Positions 8,402 to 18,529 of a DNA stretch of 64,000 bases are shown piece by piece. The stretch lies in the NCBI GenBank assembly GCA_030668485.1, contig DAOUTW010000007.1, positions 5,060 through 69,059 of the forward strand, in the 5' to 3' direction. How positions within the stretch are numbered: position 1 is the first letter of the stretch; every line of letters starts with the position of its first letter. The notes beneath the pieces were generated by a model. It was not told the origin of the DNA. It saw only the letters and a program-made list of their open reading frames with translations, and searched no databases. The translations under genes and the position numbers were made by a program. This DNA is from Candidatus Zixiibacteriota bacterium. GTDB taxonomy: Bacteria > Zixibacteria > MSB-5A5 > GN15 > JAAZOE01.

Positions 8402-10774
8402 TCAGGTCTGAAAAAGATATTGGATTTTCATAAAGTACTGCCGGTTGGTCAGCCTCCAGCGGTCTTTGCCGTCGGTCATGCTCTCGACATGGAGAATATC
8501 ACTCGTTGAACCAAAGTAGAAAACCGAGAAGGAACTGAGCCGATAAGTCAGCAACGGATCGCCTTCCCATGTTTTTCTCTCGTATCCCGGTAACCGCAGG
8601 TGATTGTACTGAACCACCATGCGCAGGGAAAGCTGCCGATTGATCTGCAGCCGGAATCGTGACCGGAGAATTATCTGCCGAAATAGTTCGTCACCATTGT
8701 CGATATCGGTGCTCTGTGCATAATTAATAGTAGGTTCGATGACCAGACGGTCAATCGGTTTCCAGTCGATTGACGCATATCCGGAAAGTTCATCACCCTT
8801 GGTTCCCTGGAAATAGGCGATATCGCGGCCGACGGTAACTCCGAAGCCGAAATTGAATTGACTGCTCGGACGACCAAACACATTTACACCGGAGGACCAA
8901 AGCTGATCGAACATCGTCCCCTCATACATTTCTTCTTTGATATTTCCCGTTACGCTGAAGCCGATTTGAGCCACATTGAGGCTGTTACTGACGGCAAAGT
9001 TGGCCATTTGCAGTTTCTTGGTACCGTCAAAATTCCAGCGACTGAGGGTGTAGAACTGAGGCGTTATCCGCGTGAACAGGTTGTCTTCGGGATAAATGTT
9101 GTATGAGGATGAAATCGAAAAATTGCGATAATTTATATAAGGGTCAAACCCGGTTTCGGTGCGGTAGGACGGACTGACCTGATTGTAATCGAGCATGAAA
9201 TTCCAGTGACGTGCCCGTCTACTGAATCGGGTGATCAACCCGGTCCCGGAATACGATTCGCCGTCAAAGGCAAAGGTGTTGGACGAATCGGGCAGCCGGG
9301 ACAGATTATAAATATATGGGTCTGCGAATGCGGCATTGACTTCATCCTCGGTGTACCCGTACGGAGCCTGGTCCTTGAAAAAGGAAAAAGGAGCATCATC
9401 TTCCGGCTCCTGCGTATGAGCCACAAGAAACTGGCCGTCGATACTGTAATTCCGGTTCAAACGAATGTCGCCGTCGACTCCGACAATCGTTCCGGAAGCA
9501 TTATCCTTGAAGCGCCGGTCGGAGACGATTAAACCGACATGAGTGTCATCCCCGATGGTGCGTAGCGCCCGAACGACGTTAACGAAGCTCTCGCCGCCGT
9601 TGATGGTGATGGTGCGTTCTTCAGTGGGGACGACATAAGGTGATGTCTCATCATAAGCGGATAAAAAACCGATAGTGGTCCTCTCCATGCGCGTCGTCAG
9701 TTTGGCTGTGAATATCGGGTCGTTTACTGTGCGGGTATAAAAGGAGTTGAACAGAGTCCGGAAAATATCCCGCCCCTCCTGAAAATACGGCCGTCGTTCA
9801 GGATAGAACAAAGCGATAGGAGAGTTAACATTGACCTGGGCCGCATCCGATTCAATCTGGCTGAAATCGGGATTAACCGAGGCGTCAATAATTAGATCGG
9901 AGGACAACGAATATTTGATATTGAGGGATGGCTCGCCCATGACATCGCCATTGGATATCTTCGAGTCAGGCTCATACCGGGAAGGCAAGGTACCCGATTC
10001 ATTGGCCACAAAAGCCGGCATGACTTCCAGCCCTTTACCCTGCTGGACGTCCTGGATACCTTTGACCGTGCCCCATTGGCAAACCCAGCATTGCTCGTTA
10101 CGGTCATACGCCGCCCATGAATACTGGAAGGAACTTTCGCGGGGACGGTTGCGCCAGAAATCCATTTTCCATGTCTGTACATCCTGATTGGGAAATCGGA
10201 GACTGGAAAAAGGTATCGCCATTTCAACGATATAACCGGCATCGGTTATTTGCGCCGCAGAATGCCAGATCAGATCGAATCCGCCATCTTCGCCGCCGAC
10301 ACTTGACCAGAGACGATCTTTCTGGATTCCATAGGGATTGACGAAAAACTCATAAGCCCGGGTGGCGTCGCCGAAAGTATCGAGCAGAAGACAAACATTA
10401 TCGTCTCCGTAAAATTGATCACGCTGGCACATGGTCGCCCGGATGTCGCTGGGATCGTCATGACACACAAAAGCTACATATAGATTGTTGTTGTCATAAG
10501 TCACAAAAACCTCGGTCTCAACCTCCGGCTCGATCATATCACCCGGATTGCGTTCCACAAAACCGGTTGCTTTTCCAGCCGATTTCCAACCGGGGTCATT
10601 GAGGTTGCCGTCGATATCGATCGATTGGCCCGTCTTTGAGACTTGAAGGGTGGGGTAATGGACTGGCTTAAAAGTATTGGACGCATAGGCGGGAGAGCAT
10701 ATTAATACTATCGCCGTGAACATTAGAATATAGCGGCCTGCTACTTGGACTAAATCAGATCGTTGCATTTTCAA
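8402..10774 (-). CDS. CBM9-like/DUF5916 outer-membrane (beta-barrel) family protein
   Basis: Signal peptide. N-terminal CBM9/DOMON-like region (LYVAFVCHD, IVEMAIPFSSLRF) is followed by about 550 aa of amphipathic beta-rich sequence. The protein ends in F (...QYLFQT). Confidence 0.65.
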   Translation of the reverse strand: MKMQRSDLVQVAGRYILMFTAIVLICSPAYASNTFKPVHYPTLQVSKTGQSIDIDGNLNDPGWKSAGKATGFVERNPGDMIEPEVETEVFVTYDNNNLYVAFVCHDDPSDIRATMCQRDQFYGDDNVCLLLDTFGDATRAYEFFVNPYGIQKDRLWSSVGGEDGGFDLIWHSAAQITDAGYIVEMAIPFSSLRFPNQDVQTWKMDFWRNRPRESSFQYSWAAYDRNEQCWVCQWGTVKGIQDVQQGKGLEVMPAFVANESGTLPSRYEPDSKISNGDVMGEPSLNIKYSLSSDLIIDASVNPDFSQIESDAAQVNVNSPIALFYPERRPYFQEGRDIFRTLFNSFYTRTVNDPIFTAKLTTRMERTTIGFLSAYDETSPYVVPTEERTITINGGESFVNVVRALRTIGDDTHVGLIVSDRRFKDNASGTIVGVDGDIRLNRNYSIDGQFLVAHTQEPEDDAPFSFFKDQAPYGYTEDEVNAAFADPYIYNLSRLPDSSNTFAFDGESYSGTGLITRFSRRARHWNFMLDYNQVSPSYRTETGFDPYINYRNFSISSSYNIYPEDNLFTRITPQFYTLSRWNFDGTKKLQMANFAVSNSLNVAQIGFSVTGNIKEEMYEGTMFDQLWSSGVNVFGRPSSQFNFGFGVTVGRDIAYFQGTKGDELSGYASIDWKPIDRLVIEPTINYAQSTDIDNGDELFRQIILRSRFRLQINRQLSLRMVVQYNHLRLPGYERKTWEGDPLLTYRLSSFSVFYFGSTSDILHVESMTDGKDRWRLTNRQYFMKIQYLFQT

Positions 10775-11036
10775 ACCCTCTCACATAAGCGTGGTGTAAA
10801 CCCATAATCTTTTTTGTCCATGCTGTCATGATGATTCGTCTTCGGCCCAATTACCGGAACCGACGACGAAAGGAGGGTTTGAACAAGGTGCTTGGATCGT
10901 CAGTTAGTTTCTATACGATTAATAGATGGGGATGTTCAGGAAAAATGGAATAATATGATTACCAACTTTTTGACGATCCGCCCTGGCGGACGGATCGTCT
11001 TGTCTGAAAAATTTATAGGTACCGCAGATAACCGAC

Positions 11037-11219
11037 TTATAAGCCCATAGTTAATCCCTTGCGGTGAGAGACTCCGAGTATGGATCGGCAATGGGGGCAG
11101 AAATAAAGGCAGCGTTTACCCAGGTCGCCGCGCATCTCCCTGTACCAGATATTGTTCAGATCTTTTTTGCAATGCTGGCAAATCGGCATAACAGCATCGT
11201 TCTTTTCAAAAGTAATCAT
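11037..11219 (-). CDS. small zinc-ribbon protein (61 aa)
   Basis: Internal Met is preceded by a perfect AGGAGG. The protein has CQHC..CPHC. Confidence 0.4.
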   Translation of the reverse strand: MITFEKNDAVMPICQHCKKDLNNIWYREMRGDLGKRCLYFCPHCRSILGVSHRKGLTMGL

Positions 11220-11380
11220 CGCAAACCTCCTTAGCAATAATTTCCGGCGGGCCTGCAAAATATACCAGCCAATTTCGATATTATTCAATAAAAAGAAATG
11301 GGCCGTACTTCCCAATTGACAACGTTGTAACCTTTTGCAAGACCTCTCGTTTATAGAAGAAATACTGGGAGGTATTACTA

Positions 11381-13240
11381 ATGAAATGCTGGAAGAAAGT
11401 CGCTCTTTATGGGGTAATCGCTCTGCTGGCTGCAACAACCGCCGGAGCCCAGGGAAATCTCACCGATCCTTTTGAAATTCTGGATCGTCACATTGAAGTC
11501 AACGGTGGACTTGGCCGCCTGAAGGCGGAACGAAGCCAATATATCGAGGCCGATATTGCTGTGGCCGGACTTCAGGGAACCCTCAAAATCTGGACCGAAA
11601 AACCGAATCGAACCCGCACCGAAATCGACCTTGGTATACTGAAAATTACACAGGGAGATAACGGCGAATTCAGTTGGTCCTTGGATGCCAATGGCAAACT
11701 TCAAAAAACGACCAATTTCGACGAGGCCACCCTTAAGCGAAGAGATTTACAAAATCGGATAGCTGAGTTTGAACAGTTGGACAAAAACTCCGATATTTTC
11801 ACGGTTACTTTCGACGGCATCGAGAAGGTCGATGACAAAAACTGTTATGTGATAGTCGTCAAAAACAATATCAATATCGATGTGCACACCAGTTATATCA
11901 ACACCGTGAACTTCCTTCTGGAAAAAAATACTGCCATCCAGGGCGAAAACAGCTCCGATTCCTACTATGCAGATTACCGGGAAGTAAATGGGTTGATGGT
12001 CGCCTATGGGACAAAAGAAGTCATGCGTGAAACCGGACAGGAGCAGGATATTACCATCACTAAATATATCTCCAATCCGGATATTGATCCTTCCCTCTTT
12101 GAACCGCCGGAGGAAGGCGGCAAGGATTTTCGTTTCACCAACGGTAAAAACGCCGAGAACATCCCCTTCCGTTTCATCGGCAAACATATTTACATCCCGG
12201 TTACCGTCAATTGCAAAGAACGACTCTGGGTTCTCGATTCCGGAGCCGGTATGTCGGTAATCGATAAGGAGTATGCCGATCTCCTGGGGGTGGAGCTTGA
12301 GGGAAATATCAAGGGCAGAGGAGCCGGCGGGACGGTTGACGTCAGCCTCACCAATCTTCCACCATTCAGCCTGGAGGGGATTGAATTCGACGAGCAGGCG
12401 GTGGCGGTAATCGATATGTCCGACCTTATTCGCCTGCTGGGCGTCGATATTGCCGGTATTCTCGGTTTTGATTTTCTGTCGCGCTTTGTAACCAAGGTGG
12501 ACTATGCCAATGAACTGGTATCATTCTATGATCCGGAAACTTTTGAATATTCCGGAGACGGTCATGAGCTGGATGTACATATGAAAAATGGCATCTTCAT
12601 GGTCAAGGCTACTATTGAAGATGAACATACCGGCACCTTTCTTTTTGACCTCGGCGCCGGTTCCTCATCACTAAATGGCGCCTATGCGTTGAAAAATAAC
12701 TTCGCCGAGCGAAAAGGCGTCGTGGGCTTAAGCCACGGAGCCGGGAATGCCTTCCAAACCAAGAGCATTATCTGCAAATCCATCGGTTTTGCCGGCTTCA
12801 CCGTCAACGATCCGTTTATCAATTTTTCGTACGGAGAAATTGACACGACCATTACTTCCGATGATATTGGCGGTCTGGGCAATACCCTCTTCCGCAATTT
12901 CGTGCTCTATCTGGATTATGCCGACGAACGGGTTATCGCGGAAAAAGGGGCAAACTTCAATAACGATTTCCCCGAAGACGGTTCCGGCCTCAAACTGACT
13001 CGCGGCGAAAATGACGAAATTATTGTCAAGTTTATATCACCCGAGACGCCCGCGGCAAAAGCCGAGTTCAAAGAAGGCGATATTCTGAGATCGATAAACG
13101 GCGTTGAGGTGGAATACTATAAAGGAATTATTGCCATCCGGAAAATGTTCATGAAAGCACCTGGAACCCAATATACCATTGTCGTCGACCGCAATGGAGA
13201 AGAGAAAAAAATGAAGCTCAAGCTGGCCGATTTGTACTGA
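11381..13240 (+). CDS. secreted LolA-like / tandem retropepsin-like aspartic peptidase / PDZ protein
   Basis: Signal peptide. N-terminal LolA/DUF4292-like fold. Two retropepsin-like motifs (LDSGAGMSVID, FDLGAGSSSLN). C-terminal PDZ (GSGLKLTRGENDEIIVKFISPETPAAKAEFKEGDILRSINGVEV). Confidence 0.7.
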   Translation: MKCWKKVALYGVIALLAATTAGAQGNLTDPFEILDRHIEVNGGLGRLKAERSQYIEADIAVAGLQGTLKIWTEKPNRTRTEIDLGILKITQGDNGEFSWSLDANGKLQKTTNFDEATLKRRDLQNRIAEFEQLDKNSDIFTVTFDGIEKVDDKNCYVIVVKNNINIDVHTSYINTVNFLLEKNTAIQGENSSDSYYADYREVNGLMVAYGTKEVMRETGQEQDITITKYISNPDIDPSLFEPPEEGGKDFRFTNGKNAENIPFRFIGKHIYIPVTVNCKERLWVLDSGAGMSVIDKEYADLLGVELEGNIKGRGAGGTVDVSLTNLPPFSLEGIEFDEQAVAVIDMSDLIRLLGVDIAGILGFDFLSRFVTKVDYANELVSFYDPETFEYSGDGHELDVHMKNGIFMVKATIEDEHTGTFLFDLGAGSSSLNGAYALKNNFAERKGVVGLSHGAGNAFQTKSIICKSIGFAGFTVNDPFINFSYGEIDTTITSDDIGGLGNTLFRNFVLYLDYADERVIAEKGANFNNDFPEDGSGLKLTRGENDEIIVKFISPETPAAKAEFKEGDILRSINGVEVEYYKGIIAIRKMFMKAPGTQYTIVVDRNGEEKKMKLKLADLY

Positions 13241-13258
13241 TCTCACCTTCTATAAGTC

Positions 13259-13294
13259 AAAAAAGGCCGGGTCATCATCGATCCGGCCTTTTTC
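13259..13294. terminator. bidirectional Rho-independent terminator
   Basis: The sequence AAAAAGGCCGGgtcatcatcgatCCGGCCTTTTT gives a GC stem flanked by an A-run and a T-run. Confidence 0.55.
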
Positions 13295-13404
13295 ATTCAT
13301 TCCCGTCACCCCGTCATTAAATCTAATGCCATTCAATTGGATACTCCGAATCGCTACGATTTTTTTCTGGACATGGTTTCTCGTGGAACGCAAATTGAAA
13401 TTGA

Positions 13405-13413
13405 TGATATAAT
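13405..13413 (+). promoter_or_regulatory. candidate extended -10 promoter element (TGaTATAAT) for kup
   Basis: TGATATAAT lies about 75 nt upstream of the kup ATG. No good -35 was found. Confidence 0.3.
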
Positions 13414-13488
13414 GTTTCGGAATTTCTGCAACGAGACCATTAATCTCGATTGTTAACGATATTTGTTGAGATTGGCGATTTTGACGAC

Positions 13489-15384
13489 ATGCAACCACAG
13501 CAAGGCATAACCAATAACGGCAAACAGCATTCCCTCAAAGTCCTGTCACTGGCGGCGCTCGGTATCGTATTCGGCGATATAGGCACCAGCCCGCTTTATG
13601 CCATCAGGGAATGTTTCCACGGCGAATACGGTATCGAGGCGGCGCAGGATAATATTCTGGGCGTACTGTCGCTGATGTTCTGGGCTCTGACGATCATCGT
13701 CTCGCTGAAATACCTGACCTTTATTCTACGGGCCGACAATAAGGGCGAGGGAGGTGTCATCGCTCTGACGGCTCTGCTTGGCTCCGGAATCCGTTCGGCG
13801 AAAAAGGTTCGCCGCTTGCTTATCCTGGCCGGAATTTTCGCCGCCTGTCTACTGTACGGCGACGGCATGATAACCCCGGCAATCTCGGTACTGAGCGCTG
13901 CCGAGGGGCTTAAAATTATCACCCCCGATTTTGAACCGTATATCATACCGGCTACCATGATAGTCCTGGCCGGACTCTTTCTACTGCAACATCGAGGAAC
14001 TGCCCGAGTAGGTATGCTCTTCGGCCCGGTTATGGTTGTCTGGTTTCTTATCCTGGCGGTACTCGGTTTTCGAGAGGTTATAAATCACCCCGATATCTTC
14101 AGGGCCCTGTCGCCATGGTACGGTATCAAATTCCTAATCCACTCCGGTATCCAAGGGTTTACCGTGCTCGGCGCGGTTTTTCTGGTTGTCACCGGAGCCG
14201 AAGCCATATATGCCGACATGGGTCATTTCGGGCCCAGGCCGATCCGGTTGGCCTGGATATTTGTGGTATTACCGTCGCTATTGCTCAATTATTTTGGGCA
14301 GGGGGCGCTGCTACTCTCTCGTCCTGAGGAGGCATATCATCCTTTTTATGCTATGGTTCCGGCATGGGCGATTATCCCCATGGTGGTTATGGCAACCCTG
14401 GCGACCATTATTGCCTCACAGGCGGTTATCACCGGCGTGTTCTCGCTGACCAGACAGGCGGTTCAAATGGGATATTTGCCGCGGATAAACATAATCCATA
14501 CTTCATCAAAGCATTTCGGGCAGATCTATGTGCCTCAGGTAAACTGGATAATGATGATCGCTACCCTGACGCTGGTAGTCGGATTTCAGTCGTCCAGCAA
14601 ACTCGCCGCGGCTTATGGTGTGGCGGTGACATCGACCATGCTGATCGCCACCGTCCTTTTCTATGTCGTGGCACGGGAAAAATGGGGCTGGGGCAGGCTG
14701 GCTGCCGGGATTCCGGTGGCTCTCTTTCTTATCGTCGATATCAGCTTCTTCTCGGCCAACATTTCCAAAATATTCCATGGCGCCTGGTTCCCGCTGGTAG
14801 TAGGCGGTGCATTGTTAATGGTCATGACGACTTGGAAACGAGGCCGGGAAATTCTGGGTGAACAATTTCGGAATCTTTCGATCCACTTTCAGGAATTTCG
14901 TGAGAAAATGTCGCGGGATCGGATCGAGCGCATCAAAGGTAAGGCCATATTTATGAGCGGAAACGCCGATCTGGTTCCGATCGCCTTATCGCACAACCTA
15001 AGGCATAACAAGGTCGTCCATTCTCAGGTTGGCTTTCTCCATTTCCGCTCCAGAGATATTCCGCGGGTCCCCAATAAGGATAAACTTCAAATTGACAAAC
15101 TCGGCAACGGATTCTATCGAATCACAGTCTACCACGGATTTATGGAAGATCCCAGTGTTCCGATGGCGCTCTCTCTGGCCCACGGCCAGGGACTCGATTT
15201 TCCCCTGGATGAAACCAGCTTCTTTCTCGGGCGGGAAAAATTGATTTCGGGACAAGGCGAGTTGATGTGCCACTGGCGCAGCAACCTCTTTTCGTTCTTC
15301 TCACGCAACGCTTATGATGCCTCAGCCTACTATGGAATTCCTCAGGAGCAGATAATGGAAGTTGGTGTCAGGCTGAAAATATGA
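13489..15384 (+). CDS. kup: potassium uptake protein Kup (KUP/HAK/KT family)
   Basis: GDIGTSPLYA signature and 12 TM segments, 632 aa. Start chosen at the MQPQQ Met. Confidence 0.9.
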   Translation: MQPQQGITNNGKQHSLKVLSLAALGIVFGDIGTSPLYAIRECFHGEYGIEAAQDNILGVLSLMFWALTIIVSLKYLTFILRADNKGEGGVIALTALLGSGIRSAKKVRRLLILAGIFAACLLYGDGMITPAISVLSAAEGLKIITPDFEPYIIPATMIVLAGLFLLQHRGTARVGMLFGPVMVVWFLILAVLGFREVINHPDIFRALSPWYGIKFLIHSGIQGFTVLGAVFLVVTGAEAIYADMGHFGPRPIRLAWIFVVLPSLLLNYFGQGALLLSRPEEAYHPFYAMVPAWAIIPMVVMATLATIIASQAVITGVFSLTRQAVQMGYLPRINIIHTSSKHFGQIYVPQVNWIMMIATLTLVVGFQSSSKLAAAYGVAVTSTMLIATVLFYVVAREKWGWGRLAAGIPVALFLIVDISFFSANISKIFHGAWFPLVVGGALLMVMTTWKRGREILGEQFRNLSIHFQEFREKMSRDRIERIKGKAIFMSGNADLVPIALSHNLRHNKVVHSQVGFLHFRSRDIPRVPNKDKLQIDKLGNGFYRITVYHGFMEDPSVPMALSLAHGQGLDFPLDETSFFLGREKLISGQGELMCHWRSNLFSFFSRNAYDASAYYGIPQEQIMEVGVRLKI

Positions 15385-15408
15385 TCCCGACACCAACTTC
15401 GAATTTGA

Positions 15409-16806
15409 TTATACGTGGGCTATGCCGGTATGATCGGAAATTTCGCTGTTGGTGGTGCACAGGTCTGACATCGCCAGTCCATGCACATCATTGTTCCCGG
15501 TGAGCCGCGCGAACGCCTTCAATTCCTTGGTGCACACTCTTAGGAAATTTTCCAATCGCGCAGCCGACTTATCGATATCGAACCTCGCCCGAAGTTCCAG
15601 ATCCTGAGTCGCAATCCCGACCGGACATTTATCCGAATGGCATACCCGGTACTGCTGGCATCCGCAGGCCATCATCGCCGCCGAGGCAATCGCCACCGCG
15701 TCGGCCCCCATCGCCAGAGCTCTGGCAAAATCGGACGACACTCGCAGGCCGCCAGTAATGATCAATGATACATCAGACGCCCCCTGCTCATCGAGAAACT
15801 TTCGCGCCCGAGACAAAGCGAAAATTGTCGGAATCGATGTCGCTGCCTTGATATACCTGGGTGCCGCTCCGGTAGCGCCGGGCCGACCGTCGATGGTGAT
15901 AAAATCCGGCTCCGCCTTCAAAATTATGGCCAGATCATCCTCAATATTACCGGCCGCTATTTTAACTCCGATCGGTTTGCCTCCCGATTTCTTTCGCAGC
16001 CAGGAAACTTTCTTCTTCAGATCATCGGCCGACAGAATGTCATCGAAATGAGCCGGGCTGATAATATCCCGCCCCTTTTCAAAACCGCGAACTTCCGCAA
16101 TCTCTTTGGTGACCTTTTTACCGGGCAGATGCCCGCCCATGCCCGGCTTGGAAGACTGACCGATCTTGATTTCGATAGCATCGACTCTTTTGAGATTCTC
16201 GTCGGTCACACTGTATCGATTCGGCACATATTCGAAGATATACTTATAGGCATTTCCCAGTGAATCGGGCAGGATGCCGCCCTCGCCTGAGCACATGGCA
16301 GTTTTCGCTGCCGCGCTACCCCTGGCCAGGGCGATTTTGACCTCTCTCGAAAGGGCGCCGAACGACATATGGCTGATGTAAACCGGCGTCTCAATTACCA
16401 TCGGATGTTCGGCCTTCGGCCCGATCACGGTCTTCGTAGTCACCGGATCGCTTTCATTCAATGGTATGCGGGCAAGTTGCGCCCCCTTGATCAGGATATC
16501 ATCCCAGGAAACGACCGGCTTTCTCGTCCGCATCGGTTCAATGATCGACTCACCGGTTTCAGCCATGGCGTGAATATCGGCCATCACCGTTTCAAAATCA
16601 TCCCCTGGGCGACTGAAGTCGTCAGCCGATTGCGCCGCAGACGGTGCCTCTTCGGTGCCGGAATCCACACCGCCAACAGGCTTAAAATATAATTTAGCCG
16701 ATCCGCAAACAGGGCAGACCCAGTCGTCGGGAAGGGATTTCCATCCCTTCCCTTCTTTATCCTCATCATAGATATAATCGCAAATTTCGCATATGTAGGA
16801 AGCCAT
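15409..16806 (-). CDS. rubredoxin-fused glutamate-synthase-family FMN protein (GltS domain-2-like)
   Basis: N-terminal rubredoxin (CEICDYIYDE..WVCPVCG). C-terminal GltB FMN-binding domain with 4Fe-4S-type Cys (CGCQQYRVCHSDKCPVGIATQ). Confidence 0.8.
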   Translation of the reverse strand: MASYICEICDYIYDEDKEGKGWKSLPDDWVCPVCGSAKLYFKPVGGVDSGTEEAPSAAQSADDFSRPGDDFETVMADIHAMAETGESIIEPMRTRKPVVSWDDILIKGAQLARIPLNESDPVTTKTVIGPKAEHPMVIETPVYISHMSFGALSREVKIALARGSAAAKTAMCSGEGGILPDSLGNAYKYIFEYVPNRYSVTDENLKRVDAIEIKIGQSSKPGMGGHLPGKKVTKEIAEVRGFEKGRDIISPAHFDDILSADDLKKKVSWLRKKSGGKPIGVKIAAGNIEDDLAIILKAEPDFITIDGRPGATGAAPRYIKAATSIPTIFALSRARKFLDEQGASDVSLIITGGLRVSSDFARALAMGADAVAIASAAMMACGCQQYRVCHSDKCPVGIATQDLELRARFDIDKSAARLENFLRVCTKELKAFARLTGNNDVHGLAMSDLCTTNSEISDHTGIAHV

Positions 16807-16815
16807 CGGTTTCCC

Positions 16816-17337
16816 CTATAAATCCATATTGGCCGGCTCGTAGTACTCCTTGGGGTGCTTGCAGCAGGGGCATTTCGGAGGCGGCTCATTCCCTTCATGA
16901 ACATATCCACAAACAGCGCATTTCCACTTTATCGGCTTTTCACGTTTGTAAACCGTGCCGGCCTCGACCATTTCTATCAACCTCCGGTAACGGTCGCGAT
17001 GGTGAGCCTCCACTTTTGCGATTTGCTTAAACAATGCCGCCGCGGCCATATTGCCCTCATCTTCGGCATCTTTGGCAAAGGTGGGATACATTTCGACCGT
17101 CTCATAATGCTCGCCGTCCGCTGCATCTTTCAAATTGGCCAGGGTGTCGCCGATACCGTTAAGCAGCGCAAATTCATCTTTGGCATGGCGCATCTCATTA
17201 TCCGCCGTCTCTTCAAAGATTTTTGCGATATAATGATACCCTTCTTTCTTGGCAACCTTGGCCCAATAGGTGTACTTGTTGCGAGCCTGCGATTCGCCGG
17301 CAAACGCCGCCTTCAGGTTTTCTTCTGTCTTGCTCAC
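16816..17337 (-). CDS. rbr: rubrerythrin
   Basis: Ferritin-like di-iron E..H motifs. C-terminal rubredoxin-like domain (CAVCGYVHEG..CPCC). Confidence 0.9.
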   Translation of the reverse strand: MSKTEENLKAAFAGESQARNKYTYWAKVAKKEGYHYIAKIFEETADNEMRHAKDEFALLNGIGDTLANLKDAADGEHYETVEMYPTFAKDAEDEGNMAAAALFKQIAKVEAHHRDRYRRLIEMVEAGTVYKREKPIKWKCAVCGYVHEGNEPPPKCPCCKHPKEYYEPANMDL

Positions 17338-17557
17338 TTTTCGCCTCCTTTATATTCAGCATTATTCTGTTGTCTTGCCTCCAGCCGCCCCGAATGACAG
17401 ACGCCGGTAAAATTATCATGTAGATTATCACAGCCACCCGTATCAAATTTCCCATGGCTAATGTACGCAATTATTATCTAAGAATAAGTCCCGTTTGTCA
17501 AGAGAATGTGGCGAAAATGAAAATCAGGATAACGTCATTTTATAAATTGTAGGAGTT

Positions 17558-18529
17558 TCACAAAGATGAGCGTACCAGGCGAAAACCGCCGTGAAGAAAA
17601 CGGAAGTCGGGCTCAGCCTTGCCTCGATTGACTGTACGCATCGAATTTGTGAGACAGCCATACCCGACATCACGAGAAATACGCATGACCCCGGATGATG
17701 GACCACGGGGATTTTTCCCGGGGCTGCTGTGATAATACTCCTCGTCGTACCAATCCCAGCACCACTCGTAGACATTCCCCGACATATCGCATATCTCGGC
17801 TTCATTGGGAGCGAAACTGCCGGCCGGAGAGGTAAACAGATAACCGTCATCGTAATCTTTCCACCAGGTCTTGACATGCTCTTTCCATTCCCGCTTGGCC
17901 GTTTCGTCTCGGATATTGGCCGCTTTCCGGTTGCCGATATACGGCTCCCCATTGTCCCATGAGTATTTATTATCTTTGCCCCGGCTGCGAGCCGCAAATT
18001 CCCATTCTGCCTCGGTTGGCAGTCGGTAGCCGTTGGCCTTGAAGTTGCAAACTATGCTGTCACCGGACCCGCTGTAGCAATGCTGAAATCCCTCCCAACG
18101 GCTGCGCCAGTTGCAGTATTTGACAGCGTCATACCATGACACACAGACCACGGGATGATTTTTGTCCTGCTCGAAATTGACTCTCTTCCAGCAGGCCGAG
18201 GAATCATGCACCATCTTCTCGCCATCATATATCTCCGCCCCGCCGTCGATTTCGGCGGTGGTTCGATAGGCGGTGGCGGTAACAAATTTTTCAAATTCGC
18301 CGACCGTGACTTCATATTTTCCGATATAATATGAATCGAGGGTGACTTCATGAACCGGTTTTTCATCGCCTTTGCCGTCATCGAAAACGTCGCCCATATT
18401 GAACGATCCCCCTTCGATGGCAATCATAATTGTCTGATTTCGACCGGTCGATGAGACCTCGGGCGAACATGAGCAAAACCAGATTGAACCGAGCAGGAGG
18501 GCGAAAATCGCATGGAAGTAAGCTCTCAT
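17558..18529 (-). CDS. formylglycine-generating-enzyme (FGE/SUMF1) family lipoprotein
   Basis: FGE-sulfatase motifs (VSWYDAVKYCNWRS, GYRLPTEAEWEFAAR, C-terminal RVNRGG). Lipobox FCSCS. Confidence 0.8.
   Translation of the reverse strand: MRAYFHAIFALLLGSIWFCSCSPEVSSTGRNQTIMIAIEGGSFNMGDVFDDGKGDEKPVHEVTLDSYYIGKYEVTVGEFEKFVTATAYRTTAEIDGGAEIYDGEKMVHDSSACWKRVNFEQDKNHPVVCVSWYDAVKYCNWRSRWEGFQHCYSGSGDSIVCNFKANGYRLPTEAEWEFAARSRGKDNKYSWDNGEPYIGNRKAANIRDETAKREWKEHVKTWWKDYDDGYLFTSPAGSFAPNEAEICDMSGNVYEWCWDWYDEEYYHSSPGKNPRGPSSGVMRISRDVGYGCLTNSMRTVNRGKAEPDFRFLHGGFRLVRSSL

Noticed and set aside
13295-13488. c-di-AMP (ydaO-type) riboswitch upstream of kup
   Set aside because: A riboswitch is expected by context, but the 190-bp leader is AT-rich and lacks recognisable conserved ydaO stems by eye. 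It would need Infernal to be sure.
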